Of a stretch of DNA of 64,000 nucleotides, positions 1-14,100 are shown in pieces. The DNA is taken from positions 36,084,001 through 36,148,000 of the forward strand of contig NW_026262690.1 of the NCBI RefSeq assembly GCF_021869535.1, written 5' to 3'. The translations under genes and the position numbers were made by a program. The notes beneath the pieces were generated by a model. That model made no database searches and was not told where the DNA came from. It saw only the letters and a list, made by a program, of their open reading frames with translations. The DNA is from Mytilus californianus. Lineage: Eukaryota. Within the stretch, counting starts at the first letter, position 1. Each line of letters begins with the position of its first letter.

Positions 1-2138
1 CAGTATACCCCCTTTTTTAAAGCGGGGGTATAATAAACTTCGAACATATCGATTATTCAAACCAAAATTTAATTTTGACCAATATTGTCACACAGAAAGC
101 TTTCATATCTGGTTAGCAGCTTGATGTGCTACGCAATAAAACTCATCTTCAACAAGCTGCTGACTAAATATGAAGTTATTCTAATCTGTTGTTCCCGAGA
201 AGAGTATGACGAAAATATTTGCTGGACGAACGGGCGAAAGGAAAAACAAGGTGATTGCAATTAGCCTCCAACTCTTATAGTGGGTATATACCATATATTA
301 CAGAATTTCTTACACATAACACATATGTCTGCAATAACCAGCATCATGATAAAAAGTTTGGAAGCAAAATGCATAATAAACATTGAACAGCTTCAAATCT
401 AAAAAGGCCCCAACAGCCCTTCATCATTACTAATAACTTAGAAATAAGAAATCAAATTTAGATCACAACTCCATTCATTTTACGTCTTTGTGTCAAATAA
501 AAAAGTCACAAATCTTAATAAACCCGGTGCAAACAATGGAATGAGCACACAGACCAAAAACTTCATCATATTCTTATTAACACAAGCATACATGTAGATA
601 AACAATCCGACCAAACACAAGTATAGATGAACACTCAGACAAAAAGACTACACCTCTCCACTCTCCACATATAAACACAAGCAGGGATGAACAATCAGAT
701 CAAGACTACAAATCTTATTCAAACTATGAAATGACTTCTCGGATGGATAGACATTATTTGTAAATTTCAACCATCTCAGCAATATTCCTTCCAAATGGAC
801 AAAATCAAATCAAGAACATGTAAATAAGTATATAGCAGAATATTTTGCATTACAGACCTTTTTTATATTTACAAAAAGAAGGGCACCAAAGGACAAATTC
901 CCAAAGGAAAGAAAAAGAATAAACATAGGATTTTTAGCTCGGATTTATAATAAGGACAGCCATGTTAGTAGACAGCATCATCTGATGTAACTAGAGAAAT
1001 GATGTTGATAGTCGATCTGATCTTTGTGTGTGTTACATTAATTCACAGAATTAGAAAAGTTAGTCTCGAGATTTAGAGATTCAAGAGAGGCGAAAGATAC
1101 CAAAATATTCAAATTCTAAGTGAAAACAAACTAAGAATGCCATGGCAAAAATCGATCAAAATACAACAGTATACAAAACACAACATTGAAAACTAGAATG
1201 AGTAACACGAACCCCAACAAAAACTCGGGGTGATCTCAGGTGTTCCAGAAGAGGACATCTTTTTTTAAAGATGACGATGCAAGGCAAATAATGGCATTAT
1301 CTCACATGAGTTCTTATATTCACAAGACAAAATCTCATGGCGATTGTTTTTTCAATGTTAACAAGTTTTCCCCTGGACTATCTTGTGCTTGAATATTTGT
1401 AAATACAAGTACATTCGCTTTATGTACCATTAAATGATACATTAGCTGAGACTAGTAAAAGACAAGTCTAATATTATTACAGTGCATACAACACATGATT
1501 TCTGGAATAACCTTTATCAGGAACACTAAAAACTCAAAATTTGATAGGTCAAAATTAAAAAAACTTTGTAAGCTTAAAAGATAAAAGGTCTTAAACAGCC
1601 AAAACTCTCTTAATTTAAACTTTACTTCAAGCAGTTGAAACCATAGCATTTCCCCAATGACATAATTTTATGAACTGGAAATTTAGATACAATGTATCAT
1701 TTAAAACATGTCTGGTACCATCTGTGACAAATAGGCCACCAGCAGTACTGCAAAGGCAAGGGGTAGACGGAAGGACAGAAACACTGATGGATGGACAGAT
1801 AGGGGTAAACCAGTATACCCCCTCCTTGTCCATTTTGATGAAATACCAATCAAAACAATATAATGTTAGCGCTAAAAATATAAAATTCTAAAAGCAGGAA
1901 ATAATGAATATATAAAGCAATTCTTTCAATTTCAATTTTTTAATCAAACATAACTTGCACAATTTGTATAAATAAAGATTCTTCAATAAATTTTGCTTAT
2001 ATAATATAAATGATATTTTCTGTTTCCATTATTTCTGACAAAAGCAAGCAATTAATTTCAATTGTTATGCTAAATGTTTTCCTGTTGTAGGTCAGATAAT
2101 GAATCTAAACATTAGAGCCAGAAGAATGTATTGCATTA

Positions 2139-5100
2139 TCAAGATTTTACCCCTTTCTTTTCTATAATTTCATCAATGTCTTTGATAGCACTAGATGTCC
2201 TTAATAATGCTTCCCTAACAGAATTAAAGCCTCTAATTATCTCTAATTCTTTAGACGGATCATCTCTATGTCCATAACGTTTAGTCTTTAGAATTGGCAC
2301 TTCATCACTTTTAAAATGATCACCTCCTGTACAATATGTTTGACTAGAATAATTTTGAGTGTTTCCCGAAGCTTTGTGTCCACATTGTTCAAGCATGATA
2401 TTTCCTGCAAAAGGTTCTTGCATTTCTGAAAATCTTGCGTCTTTCTGCTGCTCCATACCCGGGTTTGCCAAAGAATTGTCTGCAAGGTCTTAAAAAGTGA
2501 AGGAAAAATGCATGTATACACGCTTAGATATCTTGCCTGTTTAAGTGAATATGTTTGAACTATATATTGCAAGTATTTGATATCAAGCTCTTACTACATG
2601 TATTAGGAAAACTTTACATTGATCAAAGAAACGTGAAAATGGAGTCAAAAAAGAGGGGCGAAAGATACCAGAGGGACAGTCAAACTCATAGATCGAAAAT
2701 AAACTGACAACGCCATGGCTAAAAAATAAAAAGACAAACAGACAAATAATAGTACATAAGACACAACATAGAAAACTAAAGACTAAACAACACGAACCCC
2801 ACCAAAAACTGGGGGTGATCTGGTGACTGGAGTCAAGAAATCTTTTAGATTGGCGACCATATAACTTTTTATTGTATCTTAAAATTGTATCTTAGATGGC
2901 AATCATATCACATTTCTTTATTTTTGTATTTAAACCTTACAAAGATTTAACATAACAGATATGTACCGATTATCAGGTTGTCTGCATATGGTTATCGTAA
3001 AATATCAGCTGTGAGTCACAATATGAAGCTTTTTGTCGAGTGAGCACAGCGAAATATCAAAAAGGCTTCATATTGTGTTGAGCAGCTGATATTTTACAAT
3101 ATCAATATGCAGACAACCAGATAATCGATTTATCCAGTTGTATTTGCATATTTTGCATGATAAAAACAAGTGTTTTCTTTGTTTCACCAGCAAACCAGAA
3201 AATGACGTGATAAGTTGGGGTCAAACTTATCAACATTGGTCATATATTATGACGTCATTGATATGTCCGGGTAAAAGTTATTGAGGCCGGGTCAATGTAT
3301 TTGCCGTCACAAAGCTGATATATGCAAATTTATTAAGACCTGAGCAGAGTGATATAGAGAGGGGGATGATTGATAAAATGGTATCTTAGATGGCAACCAT
3401 ATCACATTTCTTTATTTTTGTATTTAAACCTTACAAGGATTTTACATAACAAATATAATTGTATACATAGATGGCAACCATATCACATTTCTTTATTTTT
3501 GTATTTAAACTCTACAAGGATTGTACACAACAAATATAATTGTATCAATAGATGGCAACCATATCACATATGTTTATTTTTGTATTTAAACTTTACAAGG
3601 ATTTAACACAACAGGTATAATTGAATCTAAAAAAACTAACCTAGGCCCTAAAAGTTAATCAGGATCACTCAACTGTATAAATGACAAATACGTTGATCTC
3701 AGACCTGCCTAATTTTTTTAAACCCCTGGCTGGAATTTATGATTCCTTATACTTTTCTCATTGCATAAAATTAAATTCAAATAAAATCATCCTGTGTTCA
3801 CATTACATTTCAATTATTGAATTTTTTTTACTAAATACCTGCTTCTATGTTAGTTCATCTATCAAAAACATTGCAAATTAAAGGATACAATTAAAGCACT
3901 TTATTTTCTGTAGTTCCTTGGTAACCATTCTGAAAAATACACATTGTATAATATAACTGTCTATTGTATATTTATTCAGTAACATGGTTTTCAATATGCA
4001 TGAGGTACTATTTTAGGTAACTTACCTTTTTTTTTATATTGATTGCTAAATCTCAGATTAAGAAAATAAATAGTTCAGGTCTTCCAATTTAATGCAACTA
4101 AAAATATACCATGTCAATGAAGGCTTGTCTGGAAAATATATATTTCTAAAAAAAAAAGCTTTTGGTGAACTATGAAATACTTGTCTAAGTAACATATTCT
4201 CATATTGTAGAAGATTAAAAGAAAATTGAAGAGCTATGACAATAGGCCAGAGACAATCAATAATTGGTATTAAGGCAGAAATGAATACAAAATGTACACA
4301 GTAATCATCTATTTGGACAGATGCTCTACCAATTTTTTCACAGGAGAAGTTACTTACAATGCAGCATCATCTGGCTGATTCCAATTCTGATAGAATATTT
4401 TTCTCTGTGTAGGGGAACTGTTTACCCAGGCAGCCCATTCTAAAGCAGCATCAGTATACCTTTAGTTTAATAACAAAAATCATTAAACAGTTAATGTCAT
4501 ATTATAAGACACCATGGTTACTTTACTCAATATTATCAAAAGAACAAAACAATAATTAAAAACATATAATTTCTCTGAATATAAAATGTAAATTTGTGTA
4601 TAATTATTGAAACTATTCATTGTTAAAGAATAAATCTTAACTTTCTAAATTTATATGAAACATTGAACTTTAAAAAGGGAAGACCTTTTAAAACTCATTT
4701 CTTTTACCCACAAATATAAACTTGTCAACAAAGCTTAATTTTTAGCTTATTATGATACTAACTTGCTATAAATCCCTGGCTGTTTACTGTCCACTATCTG
4801 GTACTGTCCATTAGTCAACAGTAGTTTACATAACCCCTGTTTACCTCTACACTCCAGACTACTCTGCTGTTCGAGCTGTTGTTGTAAAATAGCTTTCTGA
4901 AATCCAAGTCAAATGAATATAGTAGTTACAGTAACATTCCTATCTTTTAATAAGACTGAAGAATGTAAAGATTCAGTTGCTATATTTTAAACAAAGGTTG
5001 ATTGGCTGACTATGAATGGACGGACTGACAAAGGTATACCATGATGTCCCATGAATGGGCGTATAAAAATCACAGTGTGAACACAAAACACAAAAATCAG

Positions 5101-8100
5101 CTATCATATGATTATCAAATGGAAAATCATATTGTGTGAACAGAACACGGTAAGATTTACCTGGGAGACAGTATCAAATTGATTGGAAAATTGTAAGACA
5201 AAAAAAACAAAAAAAATCAAGCTTTATTTCCTTTTAAATGTATCTATGAGAGTTATGCATAATGAGTATAAAAGATTGCACAATGATTTTATAACGGTAA
5301 GTTTAAATGGGTTGTGTAACAATTGTTGTTATTAGGTTTAAGGTCAGTATATAAGGTAACTGCACAGATTTCAAATCACAGAGGATTGAGTAGAGACCAA
5401 ACCAGCACTTATGTTTAGTTTAATTTTTGTTATACAAAATGTTTTTGTATCTTTGTTTCATATTATTTATGTATCTTAAACATGTCTTTTCTATTTTGTA
5501 GATTGTTTTGAATAATATAGAACATGTTCAGGATTCTGCCATGCTGTTTCTTTTGTGTTGATATGAACTTTATAGTTTAGTTTGATGGGCTTTGAGGCAG
5601 AGGAGATATTTTGTATTTGAAAATGTTTTGAGCTGGTCACTGCACAATTCAATACCAAAACATTGTGTTTGTTTCATTGTATTTAGTAAGAAAAGTGTAA
5701 ATAATTGCATGGGCTCAATTACGTTCACATTGTTTCAAAATAGCTGGAGCATTTTAGCACATAAACAATTTATGTAAGTGAATTTAAACAAAGTTTGTTC
5801 TAGTGCATCTTCCTGTATAGTTCACATTCATGCTAAATGTAAGCATTAACCTGATGACCTGATATCTTGCATTTTGTTGGGTAAAATATTAATTTTTATT
5901 CTGTGTTGGGCAAGGTTGTTTATTTTCAGTTATTACCAGGCCAGAATATATTCATTTTCAAAATCAGCCTGCAAACAAAAATGGCATACCTCTTCAGCAT
6001 TACTGCTGTGTTCTATACATCCGATTATTCTTTTTGTAAAGTCACATGACATATCTAATGATGTCCTGTCTTCAAACAATATTCTGATATGTCCATTGGA
6101 GAATGCAGAGAATCGCCCATGACCAGGTACACTAACCTCTTCTAGAAGACTTGATGCTAAAGGTTCCATCAAAATGTTATTCTTATACTGCAAAAGATGA
6201 CAGTGACTTAAGTGTAGCCATAACTAACAATTTTCTATTTATAACCTTGGTGGCATGTTAGTTGGAATGAAGGATCATCAGACATATTTATAAACTAGTT
6301 TATCCAGGGATGATTGTGGCTCAGTTTTGGTTCCAATTGGGTCGAGTGTTTTCAGCAGAGAATATTCTTTTAAATGTTAAAATGACAGATGCCAAGTAAT
6401 GGCAAAAACTCACAAGGCCCTATGGACCAGGTGAGCTAAAAGGTGCTCCAGAAGAGAAAGCAGTTCCTTCATTTTACAATATTTCACACACTAACAAATC
6501 CAACAAAAACTTAATTTCACTTGAAGATCTCAAGAAAAGTAAATACTTTTTGCCTCTTATATTACACATTTGACCTTAGCAACAAGAAACCCACTAAATT
6601 ACAATAATGCACTCAAATATTCTATAACTGTAAATATTCTTCCTGCTTCTTCTTCTTCAAAACGAGATCCTAAGCAATAATGTAGAGCACTACCCTTGCC
6701 CAATGAGATATTTACATATGACAATGGAATTGATCATTCAAAGTATTTTCTTAAAAAAATAGACAATTCTAAACAAATTGTTAATTCCCTTCATTACATC
6801 TTAACGTGACAAAATTAACTTTTTTCTCACATCTTCTAATTCAGCTTGAGTGTTCTTACTTTTTTCCAGTAAAATCATTTTTGACAATTTTCAAAATTAA
6901 CAAGTGAAACTGCGAGCTACTGCTCACTGATGATACCCCTGCCCAAATATTTCGGTAAACAGTAAGTTGTTGAGTGATGGATATGAAAACACATCACACA
7001 GTAAAACATGCTCATATGATGCAATATTCCAATTTCTGAAATCCCTGCATTGAAGTTCCTTAGAAAGTGCAATGAAAACTTGATCCAATGCCATAATTTA
7101 TTAGAATATATAAGTATTTGGTAAACAGGAAGTTGTTGAGTTAAGAATCTGAAAATGCATTAACCCTTAAAGCATGCTCACATGAAGATTGATACATTAC
7201 TACATGTATTATGTTTAAGAATACAAAACTATTTGGTAAACAGGAAGTAAACAGGAAGTTGTTGTGTGGTACAGGCCACAATGAATAAGTTGGTACATAA
7301 AATTAATGTGGAGTCCTGTGTACTTCAAATAAATTCCATAAATACATCAAACTACTTTTGTAAAAACATTTAACAGATTTAAAATGAATGGAGAATGTGT
7401 CTATGGGCCACAGATGCCCCCGCTTGTAAATATGGATGAGTCAACTTCCACATACAGATGCAGGATTCAAGTAGTTAAGACCGTTTTGTGATTATAAGCA
7501 AGTTTCATAACATTTGGTCGAGGCAAACTAAAGTTAGAGATTGGAAAGGACAGATTTAGCAATTTTTCCATTTATAAAGGGGCATTACTCAAGAACGGTA
7601 AAAGTGATGCCACCTAATTTCAAACTTGATCTGTGTTTTGTGGAAATAAGCATTGTGTATAAGTTTAATAACATTTGGTTGAGGCAAACTAAAGTCAGAA
7701 AACGGAAACGAACAAGAGGCTCTCAAGAGCCTGAATCGCTCACCTGTATTTCAGAGGAGAAGATTTTTAAATGTTAGCAAACTTGATGAACAAATTGTGT
7801 AAAATTGTCTTTAAAGGGCAATAACTCCTTAAGGGGTCAATTGACAATTACGTCATATTAACTTTTTTGTAGATCTTACTTTGCTGAACATAATTGCTGC
7901 TTACAGTTTATATATATCTATAATAATATTCAAAATAATAACAAAAAACTGCAAAATTTTGTTAAAACTACCAATTCGGTGGCAGCAACCCAACAATGGG
8001 TTGTTCGATTCGTCTGAAAATTTCAGGGCCGATAGATCTTGACCAATTTAACAATTTTACCCCTGTCACATTTGCTCTAAAAGATTTAGTTTTTGAGATA

Positions 8101-11100
8101 TAAGCCAAAAACTGCATTTGACCCTTATGTTTTATTTTTAGCCATGGCGGCCATGTTTGTCGATGGATACAAACTTTGGATACAATTTATTAACAAGATA
8201 CCCTAAGGAACATTTAGTTAAAGTTTGAAGGTAATTGGCCCAGTAGTTTCAGAGAAGAAGATTTTTAAATGTTAGCAAACTTGATGAACAAATTGTGTAA
8301 AATTGTCTTTAAAGGGCAATAACTCCTTAAGGGTCAATTGACAATTATGGTCATATTAACTTTTTTGTAGATCTTACTTTGCTGAACATTATTGCTGCTT
8401 ACAGTTTATATATATCTATAATGATATTCAAAATAATAACAAAAAACTGCAAAATTTTGTTAAAACTACCAATTCGGTGGCAGCAACCCAACAATGGGTT
8501 GTTCGATTCGTCTGAAAATTTCAGAGCTAATAGATCTTGACCAATTGAACAAATTAACCCCACGTCAGATTTGCTCTAAAAGCTTTAGTTTTTGAGATAT
8601 AAGCCAAAAACTGCATTTGACCCCTATGTACTATTTTTAGCCATGGCGGCCATGTTTGTCGATGGATCAAAACATCGGATACAATTATAAACTAGATACC
8701 CTAAGGAACATTCAGTTAAAGTTTGAAGGTATTTGGCCCAATAGTTTCAGAGAAGAAGATTTTTTAAATAGTTTACGACGACAGACGACGCCGACGACAA
8801 CGACAGACGACGGACGCCAAGTGATGGCATAGCTCACATGGGGCCCTTTGGGCCCTGGTGAGCTAAAACTTCAACAATTTTTATGTTTATAAAGGGGCAT
8901 AACTCATGAACTGAAAAAGCGATGCCACCAAATTTCTAACTTGATCTGTGTTTTGTTGTAATAAGCAATGTTTATATGTTTTATAACATTTGGTTGAGGC
9001 AAACTAAAAGTTAGAGAACAGAAACCAGTTTTAGGGACGTATGGATGGAAGGGATGGATGGGACGGACGGGACTGACAAGGGTACACTTAATGCCCCCTC
9101 CGCTACAGCGGGGGTATAATAAAAAAAAAGGGTTTAGACTTGCCTGAAATTTCTTATACTTGAGTCAAGTATGGTTTATTCTATATTGTAGATTTACTAA
9201 TATGTAACTAACATTCTAATAATGTAGTAGCCAAGTAAATTTGAGTTTTTATCATATATATTCTCTTTGTTATAGGAAATTTATGAGTATGAGTTCTCTT
9301 TAGCATGCATGAATAGTTTAAGTTCTAATAAACATACTTTCCAGCAGCATACACTTTTGTTTGTTAATGTCTTGTCTTCTTGATGAGTCTGTAGCAAGAA
9401 CCTACAAAAATTAGACACAAATCTGAATAAAATGCTCCGCTGGGCGCAGCTTGATACGACCGCAGAGGTCGAACCCTGAACAGTTGGGGCAAGTATGGAC
9501 ACAACATTCAAGCTTGATACAGCACTGAATTTGGATTGTGATTAAATACTTGACACAGCATAGGTTTCTGACACAGATTGAATGTGGTCTAAGAACTTAA
9601 AATTTTTAATTTACCTATTCAAACCATATCATTATTATTTGCTTTTATATATAAATCAGAAATAACCAATTTAAAATGGAAAATTTTAAAGAAAAAAAAA
9701 GGAAAAAAAGGAAAAAAAAGTCCCTCCCCCAAATTTTTTGAACCCCCCTATGATTAATCACCCCCAAACTCAATCCCAGCCTTCCCTTTGTGGTATGGTA
9801 CCTTGCAGTACAATTTCAGAGAGATCCATACACTTGAACACAAGTTATTGTCTGGAAACTAGAAAAATGCTTGTTTTTAGGCCCCTTTTTGGCCCCTAAC
9901 TCCTAAACATTTAGGACAATTACCCCCAAACTCAAACCCAGCTTTCCCTTTGTGATATGGAACCTTGTAGTACAATTTCATAAAGATCCGTACACTAACA
10001 CACAAGTTATTGTCCTGAAACTAGAAATTTGTTTGTTTTTGCCCTTTTTTGGCCCCTAATTCCTAAAATTTGGAGGCAGTTACCCCAAAAATCAATCTCA
10101 GACTTCCCTTTCTGGTATGGTACCTTGCAGTACAATTTCAGAGAGATCCATACACTTGAACACAAGTTATTGTCTGGAAGTTACAAAAATGCTTATTTTT
10201 GGCCCCTTTTTGGCCCCTTATACCTTAACGTTTTAGCCAATTACCCCCAAACTCAATTCCAGCTTTCCCTTTGTGATATGGAACCTTGTAGTACAATTTC
10301 AGAAAGATCCATACACTTACACACAAGTTATTGTCATGAAACTAGAAAAATGCTTGTTTTTTGCCCCTTTTTTGGCCCCTTATTCCTAAAATTTTGAGGC
10401 AATTACCCCCAAAATCAATCCCAGCATTCCCTTTGTGATATGGAACCTTGTGGTACAATGTCAGAGAGATCCATACTCTAACACACAAGTTATGTCTGGA
10501 AGTTACAAAAATGCTTATTTTTGGCCCCTAATTCCTTAACTGTTCGTACAATAACCCCCAAAATCAATTCCAACCTTTCTTTTGTGGTATTGAACCTTAT
10601 GGTAAAATTTCATAGAGATCCATTCACTTAAACTAAAGTTAGAGTGCGACAACGACGATGATGACGCCAACGTCATACCAATATATACGACCGCAAATTT
10701 TTTTGCTGTCGTATAAAAACATACTGAAACAAAACATGAAATTTGTAATATTAACTGTACAAAATTGATCTTTACAGCTCAAGGCATTTTAGGTCAAGGT
10801 AAAGAAAATGGGTAATGTCACAGACTTTTGTACGAGTTTGCATACAACTTGGAGATACTGGACATAGTTGCATGTCTATAAATTGTGATTTCAATTTTCC
10901 TTCATTTACCTGATTACAGTTCTAAGTAGAACCATTATCATTATCATCATTATTGTAGGGTTAAAAATACTAAATTTAGAAATTTCCAATAATATTAAGA
11001 AATCCTTATTTTTCTAAAAAAATTTCTATTAATATGTGATTTTTCAAAAAATGCATCATGCTGCCTTCAATATATCCAAAAATAATAATTCACAGATGAA

Positions 11101-14100
11101 TAAATTTTTCACAAGGTCTGATAAATAAAGGCAACAGTAGTATACCGCTGTTCAAAAGACATAAAACTGAATTATATACAAGTAAATAAATAATTTTTTA
11201 CAATTTCTCATTGTTCTGTCATATAATTAGTGATCATTTGTTATATTACTGACCTGCTTGCTCTCTTTATTAACTTTTCAATACAGTATGGGGCTGATCT
11301 TGGTGTAGGAGGCAATGCCTTTATAGAATATGTTCTTTCATCTATCTGTGACAAATATATTCATATATTATATACAACTTCTCTTTTTCACTCATATATA
11401 AAGGAAAAGTGTTGTGTTTTGAATAAAAAAAGACAATCAACAGATGAGGATTAGGTTCCACACAAGATCCCCTGTTTGGTCCAGCATTTGGGCACAGCCT
11501 GGCAAGAGGCCTAGGAGGAGAGAAAAGAATGAGAGAAAAAAAGGAGAGAAAAGTCATCCTAAAAAAACAATTACAGTGTCTAACATGTCAAAAATACACT
11601 AATCCTACACTCACACACACACACACACACAGAAAACTTCTATATGGTAACTCCTTTCATTTTCTGCTTAAGCCAAGGTGGAAAAAACTCAGGTGCTCCA
11701 GAAAGGTTGATTTGTTTATGCAAGTCTATTCACTGCACAATCATTGGAAATGTTAAAATACTTGTAAAACCATTTTTTTTTCCTCAATTAAAATCTTTAA
11801 ATTGACAGAAATACAAGCCAATGAATTCAAGATGTAAACTCTTGTAAAGAGCAAGTTAGACAAATGTTGGCTTTCAACTTATTTCTTATTATATGGCATA
11901 ATCTGTATGTCTTTCTTCTACACGTAGAACACCATTTGACTTACTTACCTGATTACCCCTTGGAATAATATGTCTGTAAAAATGTCCACTCAATCCTTGA
12001 GACAGTATAACACTACCATCTCCAGGGTAAATCTCTACAAATTTGGTTGACGTCAATCGAACTATTCTGTAATTAGTACAGAAGATGCTTTTAATGATGT
12101 TATATAAATAACTTTTATTTGCATTATTACTGTAGGTTGATACAAAAATGCATATAGAGTATGGCAAATATTAAAGTGTCATGTTCTAGAAATTATTAAA
12201 GGACATAGCAGTTGAAGTCATTCAAAAGGAAACTACAGAAGAGCCAAATACTACGACCAGTAATTTAATGGGACTTTCAATATGGGACAGGCTCCATCAA
12301 AATACAGTAAGTTCTTAATCCTCCACAAGTTATGAAGGGAGGGCACTAAAATAAATCTATTGTGGGTGGCTGCATTTTCTTTAGAATTTTGTAAGATTAG
12401 AAGTTACAGGAAAATTCTATATCATGGGTGGTTGCGGTCTTAAAAAAGAATGCCTCACATGCCCCTATGCATTTAATGCTGGAACAACTTACAGTTGATA
12501 ACATATAAAATGCAACTTAACAATGTTTACTGCTTTGTAATGTTGAGAAATGTTTACAATAAGGTCTATGTTTATAAACAAAATGATGTAGGAAATTAAC
12601 ATAGAATTTCTAGACTACATGTGTGTGTATATCCTGAAATATTACGCAGATGGCCAACAATCTTTTTGATAGTTCATAGTGAAACATATCAAAACTTTTT
12701 GAAGGCAAATATTTGATTGGATGTTGAAAGGTCATCCGACTATGACCCCTTATGGGATATCTTCAGATCCTTAAAAGAGTAGCTAGCAAATTTAACAGCA
12801 AAATGAGTGAAAGATCTGATATTAATAAAATTGTCTAGATCCTTAAGTGTGAATTTGAATATATTAATATTACTTTATATGCATGTTTTATTTGTTAACT
12901 TTCAATGTCAGTGAGTTAAATCATTTGTTCCTTTTAAATAAAAGGAGCTGGTTTTATGATTAGTAGTGGATTTGGTAAGTATGATTCACCTGAAAACTAT
13001 CCCATCAATTAACACAACCTTCAGTTTTCCTTTACTTAGAGCAGTAATATTCTCTATCATATCTCTGTCACTGTCATGTACATATTTGGTGTATTGTTTG
13101 TGTAGATGTTGTCCTGGGCAAGTGATTGGCAAGGATACAGGAAGTGGTGCCATACAGTAGTTCTCTGGAGTTATCATCTTTGGAATACCTCTAGGTCTCT
13201 GTGTTATATGAACCGATGTTGTTGCTTTAAATCAAATAATGTACAATTAATCATCTTAATAATAAAGCTAGTTTTATATTTAGAGAGTTAATGAGTATAT
13301 ATTTAGAGAGTTAATGAGTATATATTTAGAGAGTTAATGAGTATATATTTAGAGAGTTAATGAGTATATACTTAAAAACAGATGTTGTGAGTCAGTGTCA
13401 ATTAAATCTTTAGTCATCAAAGATCATCTAAAGGTCAACCTAATTTTTGTCTATAAGCACTATTGAATTAAACAAAAAAAAAAAGCTTCCTTAATTTGCT
13501 TATAAATTTAACAGTACATGTAGTATCATGTTTGAAAATATTGAAAAATCACATGTCAATTATTTGCAGTACATTTTCATTTTTGTAAGAAAGTTAAGTA
13601 TATTTTTTTGTATTTATCAAGTTTTTTATCACTATAAATAAGTATGAAATATCAAAAACCTTTTAAGTAAAGGAACTGGTCAATCTAGCTGCTTCTAAAA
13701 ATATGAAAATAAAATAAAATGCAATGTTCAAAAATGATTTAACAAAATACTAAAACATGATTCTAACTTCAACATGTATAACCTACAAGAGTACTTCTCT
13801 AGTTCATCTTTATTGTCTATAACAGCTCTTGCCAAATTCAAAACATGATTCCAAGAAACTGGACACTCTTCACAAGAATAATGCCTTGAAATCCATGTAT
13901 ATAATATCTGAGAACTTGATTGGCCATCAATACTTCCTGCTTGACTTGTATCTGATCCACCTGAATCAATAGATGTCCAATGTACATGCCTTCCATTAAT
14001 TGGCTGATTATAATGTTTCGATTTAGTAGATAAATTATCTTCCTTTGCATCACAACTCATATTGTTAACTGCTTCTGTCTTTATATTTCCAATTTCCCCT

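Noticed and set aside
10029-10397. 122-aa ORF
   Set aside because: Lies in the 148-bp tandem units of a non-autonomous element.
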